35,405 nt of DNA, taken from positions 1-35,405 of the forward strand of contig CAWKZT010000002.1 in the NCBI GenBank assembly GCA_963854565.1. Reading direction: 5' to 3'. Positions 24,632-33,569 of this stretch are shown one piece after another; within the stretch, counting starts at the first letter, position 1, and each line of letters opens with the position of its first letter. A model generated the notes under the pieces. It was not told where the DNA came from, searched no databases, and saw only the letters and a program-made list of their open reading frames with translations. The stretch comes from Acidimicrobiia bacterium (GTDB lineage: Bacteria; Actinomycetota; Acidimicrobiia; Acidimicrobiales; JAHEJN01). A program made the position numbers and the translations under genes.

Positions 24632-26649
24632 TGGGTATTTTTCGTCGACATCGCCAGGAACGAAAGGTCAGCTACTCCAAGTGGGACGGAACCCAATCCG
24701 GATTTGATGTGTCCGCCGCTCAACTCATGGAGGCTATGGGCGATGACCTGATGTATCACGGCGATCTCAACAACGCCTTGCGCCACATGATGCAAGACGG
24801 CTTCGACATCGACGGCGAACGGGTGCAGGGCCTTCGTGACCTCATGGAGCGTTTACAGGAACGACGCCAAGAACTCCTCGATAGTGGCGACCTGGGTGGC
24901 GTCTACGACGAAATCGCCGGCGACCTGCGGAAGGTTGTCGAAATGGAGAGGTCGACGCTCGACGCTCAAAGTAATGATGCCAAGGCCAGTGGCGATGATC
25001 GCCGATCAGAACTCACCGATGCGGCGACACAAGAGAAACAGTTCCACCTCGACATGCTGCCCGATGACCTTGCTGGGCGAGTCAAGAGTTTGCAGCAATA
25101 CGACTTCGCTAGCCAAGAGGCCCAGGAACGCTTTGATGAGTTAGTTAAGACGCTCCGCGAACAACTGATGCAACAGTTCGTGGACCAGATGGCCGATGGT
25201 GTCGACGCGATGTCTGAAGCCGACATGGCTCGGGTCAAAGACATGATGGCAGCGCTCAACGAGATGCTCGAACAACGAGCCGGAGGAGAGGAACCCGATT
25301 TCGAAGGATTTATGGAACGCTTCGGCGATTTCTTCCCCGAAAACCCTCAGACGCTCGATGAACTGCTCGAAATCATGGCCCAACGCATGGCTGCCATGCA
25401 GGCGATGCTTAATTCGATGACGCCTGAACAACGTCAGCAGTTGGCCGACCTCAACGCTCAACTGATGCAAGACATGGATCTTCAATGGCAGGCCCAGCAG
25501 TTGGGGCAAAATCTACAGCAGGCTTTCCCCGATGCCGGGTGGGAGAGATCACATGATTTCGGTGGGTTCGATCCGCTCAATATGAGCCAAGCCCTTGATG
25601 CCATTGATCAGTTGGGTGATCTCGATCAGCTCGACAACATGCTGCAGAGCGCAACAAACCCCGGAGCCTTGGCCGAGATCGATATCGACCGGGCCCGTGA
25701 TTTGCTGGGCGACGATGTTGCCCGCAGCCTCGAACAAATGGCACAGATGGCCAAGGCACTCGAAGAAGCTGGTCTGATCGAAAATCGTGAAGGCAAACTC
25801 GAAATGACCCCCCGTGCCATTCGCCAACTAGGCAAGCAGGCGCTGAACGAGGTGTTTAAAAACCTCGATGGCAATCGGTTTGGTGGCCATCAGATGTCGC
25901 GAATCGGTGTGGGTCACGAACGAGACTATTCAACCAAGCCCTATGAGTTCGGTGATCCGTTCAACCTTCACATCGAAAAAACCATCCAGAATGCGATTCG
26001 TCGGACAGGTGGGGGCACGCCAGTGAATCTCACGCCCGACGACTTCGAAATTGAGCGCACCGAAATGGTTACCGATGCCAGCACCATCTTGATGCTCGAT
26101 CTTTCGTTGTCGATGCCAATGCGCGAAAATTTCTTACCGGCCAAGAAGGTGGCCATGGCCTTGCACTCGCTCATGACCAGCCAATTTCCCCGTGACTATT
26201 TCGGCGTGGTCTCGTTTAGTGAAGTAGCGCGGGTACTTAAGCCCGAAGAACTCCCTGAAGTGTCGTGGGACTACGTCTATGGCACCAATATGCAACATGC
26301 CTTCCGTCTGTCGCGTCAGTTGTTGTCGAAGCAGCGTGGCACCAAACAGATCATCATGATCACCGACGGTGAGCCAACCGCACATATCTTGCCGAACGGA
26401 TCTCCCTACTTCGCCTACCCGCCTTCTCGCGAGACCGTTGAGCTGACTTTGAACGAGGTTGCGGCCTGCACCCGGGATCGAATCCGGATCAATACGTTCA
26501 TGCTCGACGCGACACCGCACCTCACCTCGTTCATCGAAAAGATCACCGAGATGAACGGTGGACGCGCTTTTTTCACTACAAATCAAAATATTGGCGAATA
26601 TTTATTGGTGGATTTTGTGGAGCATCGACGCGCGATGGTGACGCGCTAA
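24631..26649 (+). CDS. VWA domain-containing protein with a long acidic/Gln-rich helical N-terminal region
   Basis: 672-aa ORF. The C-terminal VWA fold carries a MIDAS-like ILMLDLSLSM, then IIMITDGEPTAH and INTFMLD. The N-terminal layout resembles the uncharacterised VWA partners of ChlI-like ATPases. Confidence 0.85.
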   Translation: MGIFRRHRQERKVSYSKWDGTQSGFDVSAAQLMEAMGDDLMYHGDLNNALRHMMQDGFDIDGERVQGLRDLMERLQERRQELLDSGDLGGVYDEIAGDLRKVVEMERSTLDAQSNDAKASGDDRRSELTDAATQEKQFHLDMLPDDLAGRVKSLQQYDFASQEAQERFDELVKTLREQLMQQFVDQMADGVDAMSEADMARVKDMMAALNEMLEQRAGGEEPDFEGFMERFGDFFPENPQTLDELLEIMAQRMAAMQAMLNSMTPEQRQQLADLNAQLMQDMDLQWQAQQLGQNLQQAFPDAGWERSHDFGGFDPLNMSQALDAIDQLGDLDQLDNMLQSATNPGALAEIDIDRARDLLGDDVARSLEQMAQMAKALEEAGLIENREGKLEMTPRAIRQLGKQALNEVFKNLDGNRFGGHQMSRIGVGHERDYSTKPYEFGDPFNLHIEKTIQNAIRRTGGGTPVNLTPDDFEIERTEMVTDASTILMLDLSLSMPMRENFLPAKKVAMALHSLMTSQFPRDYFGVVSFSEVARVLKPEELPEVSWDYVYGTNMQHAFRLSRQLLSKQRGTKQIIMITDGEPTAHILPNGSPYFAYPPSRETVELTLNEVAACTRDRIRINTFMLDATPHLTSFIEKITEMNGGRAFFTTNQNIGEYLLVDFVEHRRAMVTR

Positions 26650-26668
26650 CGACAGTGTTCCAAAAGTG

Positions 26669-26730
26669 CGAAAACGGCGCGAAAACGCGCGTTTCCGCGC
26701 GGTTTACGCGCGATTAGCGCGCGATCGCGT
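26669..26730. repeat. Helically phased array of CG blocks alternating with A/T spacers
   Basis: The sequence reads GCG-AAAA-CGGCGCG-AAAA-CGCGCG-TTTC-CGCGCGG-TTTA-CGCGCG-ATTA-GCGCGCG-AT-CGCG. Spacers start at 26672, 26683, 26693, 26704, 26714 and 26725, giving intervals of 11, 10, 11, 10 and 11 nt. Confidence 0.8.
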
Positions 26731-26758
26731 GACGGTTTGAAATGCTACCGTCACGCGA
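26727..26758 (+). promoter_or_regulatory. Perfect 11-bp stem hairpin abutting the CG array
   Basis: CGCGTGACGGT-ttgaaatgct-ACCGTCACGCG. It could be the VWA operon terminator or part of the whiB leader. Confidence 0.4.
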
Positions 26759-26886
26759 ATTCGCCTAGCAGATATGGCATGGCAAGCGGCGGCAATCACG
26801 TTTCTACTTGCATTTTTGCAGGTCACGGGGCAGAATCACAACTAAGTAATTACGGGGCTGTGATTAACGCCCGGTTGGAGGAAGCT

Positions 26887-27180
26887 ATGCGACAGTTACA
26901 GACCGCTGCTGAGAGTGAGTGGCAAGACTCAGCCAACTGCCTCGGGGTCGACCCCGATTTGTTCTTCCCCGAGCGTGGTGCTTCCACCCGCGAGGCCAAA
27001 GACGTTTGCCGCGGTTGTGTCGTACGAGTCGACTGTCTCGAATATGCCCTCGCCAACGGCGAGAAGTTTGGTATCTGGGGCGGTATGAGCGAACGTGAAC
27101 GTCGACGCATCCGTCGTCAGCGTGCCCTCGAACGTCAAGCGGTTGCCGAACGAGTCGCAGCACAACCTGCCACCGGATAA
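26887..27180 (+). CDS. WhiB-family transcriptional regulator
   Basis: 97 aa from ATG 26887 (SD GGAGGA). It has four Cys in the WhiB pattern (NC...VCRGCVVRVDC), GIWGG, and a basic tail RRRIRRQR. The ORF-track start at 26737 is far upstream of the conserved core. Confidence 0.9.
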   Translation: MRQLQTAAESEWQDSANCLGVDPDLFFPERGASTREAKDVCRGCVVRVDCLEYALANGEKFGIWGGMSERERRRIRRQRALERQAVAERVAAQPATG

Positions 27181-27206
27181 ACCCGATCCTCAGCTAGAGT
27201 GGCCGT

Positions 27207-27386
27207 ATGGGATCACTTGGAACTGGCGAACTACTTATTATTCTGCTGATCATTTTGGTTGTTTTCGGTGGTGCCAAACTGCCGACACTAGCCAAGTCAC
27301 TCGGTCAAGCACAGAAAGAATTTCGTTCCGGTGCTGACACCGACGACGATGCTTCTGAGGACACCAAGAAGTCTAAAGACGCCTAA
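27207..27386 (+). CDS. tatA: Twin-arginine translocase subunit TatA/E
   Basis: The 59-aa ORF is below the track cutoff. MGSLGTGELLIILLIILVVFGGAKLPTLAKSLGQAQKEFRSG is followed by an acidic tail. It lies 26 nt after whiB. Confidence 0.85.
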   Translation: MGSLGTGELLIILLIILVVFGGAKLPTLAKSLGQAQKEFRSGADTDDDASEDTKKSKDA

Positions 27387-27465
27387 TCCCGCCGGCGCGT
27401 AAAGAACCGGGAACCCCCCGGCTCAATGCAAGGCTGGTTGGCGCGCCAGAGATGCACTAGGCCAT

Positions 27466-27481
27466 GGAGGCCAAGGCCTCC
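27466..27481. terminator. Short GC palindrome between convergent tatA and whiB
   Basis: GGAGGCC-AA-GGCCTCC. A further CCGGG-AACC-CCCGG lies upstream at about 27403-27416. Confidence 0.3.
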
Positions 27482-27508
27482 GACCTCTAGTCAGAGGGAA
27501 CGAAGAAA

Positions 27509-27772
27509 TTACGCTGGCTGAGCTAATTCTTCGAAATGGACGGCCGTTTCCTGAGCACGGGCCCGGATCAGCTTGCGCCGACCTCGCTCGGAGTAGCCGC
27601 CCCAAATACCGTGGTCGACACGGTTGCGAACTGCATATTCGAGGCAAACATCCTGCACAACGCAGGTTCGGCAAATCTTCTGGGCTTCGATGACGCCAAC
27701 GCCATCAGAAGGGAAAAACGTCTCAGGTGGAAGCTCAGCGCAGTTGCCATTTGCCATCCATTCGGTATTCAT
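27509..27772 (-). CDS. WhiB-family transcriptional regulator (second paralogue)
   Basis: 87 aa from ATG 27772 (SD GGGAGGAAA). The translation MNTEWMANGNCAEL...ICRTCVVQDVCLEYA...HGIWGG has four Cys plus GIWGG. Confidence 0.9.
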   Translation of the reverse strand: MNTEWMANGNCAELPPETFFPSDGVGVIEAQKICRTCVVQDVCLEYAVRNRVDHGIWGGYSERGRRKLIRARAQETAVHFEELAQPA

Positions 27773-27848
27773 TATTTCCTCCCAAAGATAGTGGTGTTGC
27801 CTAGTACGACGACTGGGCGTGCTTAGAAGTTCCCACATCACGGTGAAA

Positions 27849-29105
27849 ATGCGCGTAAAGCGACCAAACAAGGGGATTTGCTTGCTCTACGCTGGAGAAA
27901 TCGACTTCAACCCCGAACAACCCCCGCTGCTCGATGCCGCAATCTACGACCAAGTGCGTAACCCCATACCCTCGGCCGCGCCCGAGACCGAGATTGTTCG
28001 GATCGAGACGATCCCGCGCCAGCTGATGTGGAGAATTGCCACTACTACCGCGGTAGTAGCCATCGGCGGGGCTCTGCTGGTTTCTTGGATCCTGGGTCGA
28101 GGCGACGTTGTCCAACAGGTGGCGCAGGCTCCCGACTTTGGCGGCCCCGATTCAGGGCTCGACTTTACGGGAGAAAGCCTCGATGTGCAGAGTGTTCTCA
28201 GCCGAGTGCAACCCTCGGTCGTGACGATCGAAACGGGTCTAGAATCCGTTAACGCGGTTTTTTCGGGAACCGGAACAGGGGTAGTGATATCCGAAGACGG
28301 GCTCATCCTCACCAATGCGCACGTCATCAACGGAGCCGACAACATCATCATTCGATTCTTTGACGGAACCGAAGCCGAGGCCACCCTCCTTGGCAGTTTT
28401 CCCGACGATGACATTGCCCTCGTGCAAGCGCGTCGGGTTACCGGAACCACCTCCGCATTGTTGGGATCTTCGGAGTCGGTTCGAGTCGGGGACCAAGTGG
28501 TGGCAATCGGAAACGCCCTCGGCTTGGGTGGTACGCCGTCCGTTACTCTCGGCATCATTTCGGCCAAAGGACGATCGATCGATGCCGGCATTGTCAATCT
28601 CATCGATCTGTTACAGACCGACGCCGCAATCAATCCCGGCAACTCGGGTGGGCCCCTTGTTAATGGGGCGGGTGAGGTGATTGGAATCAATACGGCCATC
28701 ATTGAAAACGCCCAAAGCATCGGTTTCGCGATCTCCATTGATTCCGTCAAGCCGCTGATCGAACAAATTAGATCCGGCAATGGCGACATTACGCCTGATA
28801 CCGCTTTCCTTGGCGTGACGACACAATCCATCGATGCCATGTCCACCGAAGCTCGCTCCAGAGCGGGAATCGACACCGAGACGGGAGCGCTCGTCGTCGA
28901 TGTCGTAGCGGCCAGCGCAGCCGCCAACGCCGGTATCGCTATTGGTGACGTGATCGTCGCAATTGGTGACGAAGTAATAGACAGCCCCGAGGATGTTGCT
29001 CGCATTGTGCGTGGCCATGCCCCCGACGAAGAAATTGTCGTCGCCGTTGAACGATCGGGAACTGTTCAAGAGGTAGCCGTAACTTTGGGTGCTCGGGGCG
29101 ACTGA
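27849..29105 (+). CDS. HtrA/DegP-family (S1C) serine protease with an N-terminal TM anchor and a C-terminal PDZ domain
   Basis: The catalytic triad contexts are TNAHVI, DDDIALVQ and GNSGGPLVN. The TM segment is IATTTAVVAIGGALLVSWIL, and the PDZ-like region is GALVVDVVAASAAANAGIAIGDVIVAIGDEVI. The start is uncertain (27819, 27849 or 28026). Confidence 0.9.
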   Translation: MRVKRPNKGICLLYAGEIDFNPEQPPLLDAAIYDQVRNPIPSAAPETEIVRIETIPRQLMWRIATTTAVVAIGGALLVSWILGRGDVVQQVAQAPDFGGPDSGLDFTGESLDVQSVLSRVQPSVVTIETGLESVNAVFSGTGTGVVISEDGLILTNAHVINGADNIIIRFFDGTEAEATLLGSFPDDDIALVQARRVTGTTSALLGSSESVRVGDQVVAIGNALGLGGTPSVTLGIISAKGRSIDAGIVNLIDLLQTDAAINPGNSGGPLVNGAGEVIGINTAIIENAQSIGFAISIDSVKPLIEQIRSGNGDITPDTAFLGVTTQSIDAMSTEARSRAGIDTETGALVVDVVAASAAANAGIAIGDVIVAIGDEVIDSPEDVARIVRGHAPDEEIVVAVERSGTVQEVAVTLGARGD

Positions 29106-29149
29106 CCAATCGCGCCGGTTACACTCGTACTTTGATTTGAGGAGCTTCG

Positions 29150-29437
29150 ATGTCTGATATCGCAACACCAGAAGAAACCGTGCCACCCATTGGTTCGGTG
29201 AAGGTTATCTACCTTGGCCCGGTCGCGCCGCATTGGGAGTTCCGTTCAGACTTTGGCGAAACGGCCGTCATCGATGGGTTCCGGGCCCGTGCCCATGCCC
29301 GTCTCATGTTGCTTCCGCCCCATGATCCCCAGTTTCGCCGTAACCGCGAACGAGTCAACCGCGACGCCGAACGCACCAACCTCAGCATCGACTGGGATCT
29401 TGGCTACCCAGAGGACGACGAAGGCGGACGACGCTAA
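29150..29437 (+). CDS. Hypothetical protein (95 aa)
   Basis: A good SD (GAGGAG) lies 6 nt before the ATG. No family is recognised by eye. Confidence 0.5.
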   Translation: MSDIATPEETVPPIGSVKVIYLGPVAPHWEFRSDFGETAVIDGFRARAHARLMLLPPHDPQFRRNRERVNRDAERTNLSIDWDLGYPEDDEGGRR

Positions 29438-29510
29438 AGCGTCCCCGCAATCCGGCGTACGTCTTGCCCCAAATAGCGGTGTGCCCAGCGTCACCTCCTA
29501 AGCTGGCTCG

Positions 29511-31025
29511 GTGAGCACGGGTTGGCAGACACTATCGAAACCAAAGGGTAAGACAACTACCGAAGCCAAGCCCACCGTCACGCCCGAATTCCTCCGCCTA
29601 GCTCGTGTGCAAGCGCTCAGCGCAGCAGGCGACGCCGCTATAGCGGTCGCGTTAGCTGGAACTTTGTTCTTTTCTATCGACCCTGATGAGGCTCGCTACA
29701 AGGTCGGGTTGTATCTCGCCTTCACGGTCGCACCTTTCGCAATTGTTGGACCATTAATTGGCCCGGCGCTCGACAGGGCGAAGGGTGGCCGGCGCATGAT
29801 GATGATCCTCATTAACCTGGTTCGCTCAATCGCCGCCCTGTTTCTCATTGGAAATATAGACAGCCTGCTGCTCTTGCCCTTCGCTTTCATGTTGATGGTG
29901 TTCGGCAAAGCATTCGCAGTAGGTAAGGCCGCCCTCGTCCCCACAGCGGTTCGACACCAAGGCGAGTTAGTGACGATCAATTCGAAGCTGGCTTTGATCA
30001 GTGGCATCGCAGGAGTAGTGGGTGCCGCTCCCGCCGCGATGGCCGGTTTGATCTTCGGACCCGGAGGCTCGGTGGCGCTTGCCATGATCCTCTTTGCGGG
30101 TGCCTCAATCATGTCTACGCAACTCCCGCGCACGGCTGTTGCTCCGGAACCGGCCGATTCAACCGAGAAACTCGAACTCAAATCCAGCGGCATCATCGGG
30201 GCCGCTCAAGCCATGGGATTGCTGCGAGGCGTCGTTGGCTATATGACGTTTCTGCTGGCCTTTGCCTTCAGCGGCGGCGAACGTGCCCTAGATCACGGAG
30301 CGGCGTTTGGCCGGGCGCTCCGCGATGCATTCGGCCTTGATCTCGAAAGCCTCGGTGGCACACCAGCGTGGAAACTGGGTGTTGTGGTCGGAGGAAGTGT
30401 GCTCGGCTCGCTGCTTGGGTCGGTTGTGGCTCCGCGCATGCGTAAGCGCGTCGCCGAGGAACGCATTCTGGCTGGAGTGCTGGTCCTACTGTCTGTCATT
30501 GGGATGCTCTGTGCTTGGGTTGGTGGCCTTTCCGCCGCGGCGCTATTGGCCATGACCGTTGGGTTCGCCGCCGGTTCGGGAAAACTTGCCTTCGATTCCA
30601 TCGTGCAACGCGATGCCCCCGATGCCAACTACGGCCGATCATTCGCTCGCTTCGAAACCCGTTTTCAAATCTGTTGGGTTCTCGGTGCTTTGCTGCCGGT
30701 TATATTGCCGACGCCGCTTTGGGTTGGCTTCTTGGTCGTGGCCTCTGTCGCCGGTTTCGCGGCGTTTACCTATGCGATCTTGGGCCAATGGCCTACCCGC
30801 AAACCGGCTCCTCCAAAACCCAAACTGACAGGTGACGGTGACATCGTGTTGGTCGAGGAAGACCTACGGGCTTCGTACCCCAAGATGAACCTCCGCAGCC
30901 CGATTCGCAATCCCACCGGCTGGGAAACACCGGTACCCGAACCGCAGGATTCGATCGATTCAGCGCTGCCCATGAACGACGACCTCACCATCGTGGATCG
31001 AATTGTTCCGTCCGATACCGACTAG
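29511..31025 (+). CDS. MFS-type transporter with a cytoplasmic C-terminal tail
   Basis: 504-aa ORF with about 12 hydrophobic segments. The MFS-like loop GPALDRAKGGRRMMM follows TM2. GTG start. Confidence 0.7.
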   Translation: MSTGWQTLSKPKGKTTTEAKPTVTPEFLRLARVQALSAAGDAAIAVALAGTLFFSIDPDEARYKVGLYLAFTVAPFAIVGPLIGPALDRAKGGRRMMMILINLVRSIAALFLIGNIDSLLLLPFAFMLMVFGKAFAVGKAALVPTAVRHQGELVTINSKLALISGIAGVVGAAPAAMAGLIFGPGGSVALAMILFAGASIMSTQLPRTAVAPEPADSTEKLELKSSGIIGAAQAMGLLRGVVGYMTFLLAFAFSGGERALDHGAAFGRALRDAFGLDLESLGGTPAWKLGVVVGGSVLGSLLGSVVAPRMRKRVAEERILAGVLVLLSVIGMLCAWVGGLSAAALLAMTVGFAAGSGKLAFDSIVQRDAPDANYGRSFARFETRFQICWVLGALLPVILPTPLWVGFLVVASVAGFAAFTYAILGQWPTRKPAPPKPKLTGDGDIVLVEEDLRASYPKMNLRSPIRNPTGWETPVPEPQDSIDSALPMNDDLTIVDRIVPSDTD

Positions 31026-32236
31026 CTGTCTTCGTCAAGCCGAAGGTCGATCCGGGCCAGCCACAGACCGGGTGCGTCGACCTCGTTGACCGTGGGGAGA
31101 TTCTCAGGGCTAGCAAAGATTCGTTGCAAGCCCTGGTGTCCGGCCCGTTCTATGATGCCCTCGATAAAGGCGGCGCCTCGGTCATACTGTGCCTGATCGA
31201 GTTCGAGCCCTAGCAGTTTTTCAACAAACCGGTCTGACTGACTCGTCGTAACTCTCTGCCGATGAATCGCCTCGGTGATCTGGGCATGACTACCGATGAG
31301 TTCCGACGCAATGCGATCGACAAGATGGTCGGCATATCCGACAACCACCGACGTCAACGCAGCTAGTTCCGGCTGCAGGGCCACTTGGGCGGGGGATTGC
31401 AATGCCTGGAGCAGGGTGTGGGGATCACCCAAACTTGATTGGAGTTCGGCCAACCCGGCCGGGTTTGACAAATCAAGCGAACCAAACTGCTCACCCAACA
31501 TCGTCGGGTCTACCTCGAAGGCGGCGACATAGCGGTGCAACAGACTGTTGATGCGTTCGCGTATATGCGGTACCGAAAATATGGCGTGGTGAGCGACCTC
31601 GTGAATACAGGTCCACATGCGAGTGTCGTTGAGATCGAGACTCCAGTCTTCGGCGATGGAATCGATCGCTGGTAACGATAACAAGATGGCCGAATCCTCG
31701 GGTCGAGGAATCGGGAGGGCGTAGCCACCCAACGCTCCCTGGGCCAGATGGCCAACCATTGAGCCAGCGGTAAATCCAAGCATCATGGGCCCGAGCATGC
31801 CCATGAGGGCGCTCATCATCGGGGCCATAGGGTCGCTGGGGTCGGGTTCCCCCAGTGGGGCCTTGCTGAGAGAATCGGCGAGGCCCTGTAGGAGCGGTTG
31901 GTAGTCGCGAATTGTGCGGGTGGCCCACCCACCACGGTTGGTCGCCTCGGTTGTCAACCCGGTTTGTCCACCGAGGCTCAACCCGGTGAGGTCAGCAATT
32001 CGCAACTCGGCAACTCGAACAAGTTGCTCGACAGCAACACGTTGCACGGGGTCGACATTGTCTTCGGACCGTCCCTCGTTGGCCAACTGAACCGCTAGTT
32101 GGCGCGCAGTTTCCCACGGGCCAGCCGTGCTTCCGCCGCCGAACATCTTGGCAATGTCCCCAAAGAAGGGAAGATCACCAAATGGGTTGGGGGGTGGATT
32201 CTCGTCGCTCACAATGGCATCGTAGGGCCATGACAC
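31022..32236 (-). CDS. DUF2342-type zinc metalloprotease (HExxH)
   Basis: HEVAH sits in the context WTCIHEVAHHAIF. The N-terminus ...NPFGDLPFFGDIAKMFGG and the overall layout resemble DUF2342 hydrolases. The start is trimmed to GTG 32236 (or 32212), because the full ORF to 32404 would overlap the divergent gene by 140 nt. Confidence 0.7.
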   Translation of the reverse strand: MSWPYDAIVSDENPPPNPFGDLPFFGDIAKMFGGGSTAGPWETARQLAVQLANEGRSEDNVDPVQRVAVEQLVRVAELRIADLTGLSLGGQTGLTTEATNRGGWATRTIRDYQPLLQGLADSLSKAPLGEPDPSDPMAPMMSALMGMLGPMMLGFTAGSMVGHLAQGALGGYALPIPRPEDSAILLSLPAIDSIAEDWSLDLNDTRMWTCIHEVAHHAIFSVPHIRERINSLLHRYVAAFEVDPTMLGEQFGSLDLSNPAGLAELQSSLGDPHTLLQALQSPAQVALQPELAALTSVVVGYADHLVDRIASELIGSHAQITEAIHRQRVTTSQSDRFVEKLLGLELDQAQYDRGAAFIEGIIERAGHQGLQRIFASPENLPTVNEVDAPGLWLARIDLRLDEDS

Positions 32237-32264
32237 GTGTTCCTGAACCGCGGGCTTCTCTCTG

Positions 32265-33338
32265 ATGAGCGTCTTCGTTGTGACTGGTGCCGCTGGCCGA
32301 TTGGGGCATCGGGTCATTTCCCGGTTCCTGCAAGTTGCCGAGACACCTTCGGCTACCTCGTCTGAGCGCGACAAATCCGAGGCCACGCGAAGCGTGACTG
32401 ACATTGTGGCATTGGATCAGCGCGGAGGTCGAGGTGTTGACAAGGTAGATTTAGCGCTCTCCGACCTAACCGAACACCTGGCTAACTGCAGCACGGTCGT
32501 ACATTTGGCCTCCGCCTTCGATGGCCAGCGCAGTGCATTGCAGTCAGGCGAAATTGACGTTGCTGCCACCACCCGGTTGCTCGAAGCCGCGGCCGAAGCA
32601 AATGTCGAACGATTTGTGCTTTTGTCAAGCGCCATGGTCTACGGAGCTTGGCCCAACAATCCAGTGCCACTCACCGAAGCAGCACCCGTCCGCCCGAACG
32701 CCGGCCTGGTTTTTGCCAAGACCAAAGCAAAACTCGAGGAGCAGGTGATTGCGTGGGGTATCGAACACGACGTCGAAGTCGTGGTCTTGCGCCCCACCAT
32801 TGCCGTTGCGCCGAACGTTTCGAGTTGGGTGGCTGACGCCATCCGCTCAGCATCGGCAATAGGCGTCGACGGCGAAGAACCACCGCTGCAATTCCTCCAT
32901 CTCGACGATCTGGCCGAAGCAATTGTTCTGGCCGGGCTAAGTCGCTTTAACGGAATCTTCAACGTGGCTCCGGACGGATGGGCCGAAGCCGCTGTCGTAC
33001 GCTCGTTGGAGGGAAGTCCGCCCCGCCTGCAGGTTTCCGAAGAAATAGCCGGCAAATTCGCCTCGTTCCGGTGGCGGTATCGGCTCGCCCCGACGCCACC
33101 GGGTTTAGTGCCGTACACGATGTATCCGTGGGTCGTCGCCAATGATCAGCTGAAGGCACATGGTTGGGAACCCCGCAGAACAACCGAGCAAACGGTCGTT
33201 GAGAGCATCCGACCTAAGCCTTGGGCCATGGTCAGTTCTCGCAAACGGCAACAAATAGCTCTAGGAGGTGCCGCTGCGGTTCTGGCAACCGGAGCGGGAA
33301 TTGCGGGCACGTTGCTGGCTCGGAGGCGTCGTCGGTAG
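32265..33338 (+). CDS. NAD-dependent epimerase/dehydratase-family (extended SDR) protein with a C-terminal TM anchor
   Basis: Rossmann start MSVFVVTGAAGRLGHRV, then LLSSAMVYGAW. The C-terminus is IALGGAAAVLATGAGIAGTLLARRRRR. Confidence 0.75.
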   Translation: MSVFVVTGAAGRLGHRVISRFLQVAETPSATSSERDKSEATRSVTDIVALDQRGGRGVDKVDLALSDLTEHLANCSTVVHLASAFDGQRSALQSGEIDVAATTRLLEAAAEANVERFVLLSSAMVYGAWPNNPVPLTEAAPVRPNAGLVFAKTKAKLEEQVIAWGIEHDVEVVVLRPTIAVAPNVSSWVADAIRSASAIGVDGEEPPLQFLHLDDLAEAIVLAGLSRFNGIFNVAPDGWAEAAVVRSLEGSPPRLQVSEEIAGKFASFRWRYRLAPTPPGLVPYTMYPWVVANDQLKAHGWEPRRTTEQTVVESIRPKPWAMVSSRKRQQIALGGAAAVLATGAGIAGTLLARRRRR

Positions 33339-33569
33339 CGCTTCCGCCTCTCGCATAGCCGCAGCCACTTCGGACGGGTGGCGCCAAGATCGGTCGGCCT
33401 GCGCTGGCAAGGCAGAGAAATCGTCGGGGTCGTCATGGGGCACGAATATTCATAGTAGTTACTCCGAAGCCCTGGGATTGCGCGGCGTCGGCCATTGGGC
33501 CCTTTGCCCACCGATTGTGCTGCGATTCGAACGACACAACCCGACCGCTGCGCCTACGATAGGACTGCC

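Noticed and set aside
33261-33443. 60-aa minus-strand ORF starting MPHDDPDDFSALPAQADRSWRHPSEV, reminiscent of N-termini of actinobacterial HtrA-like proteases.
   Set aside because: Only about 35 codons lie in intergenic DNA. The rest is antisense to the SDR gene's 3' end, and no protease domain follows. It is at best a tiny remnant and cannot be verified without a search.
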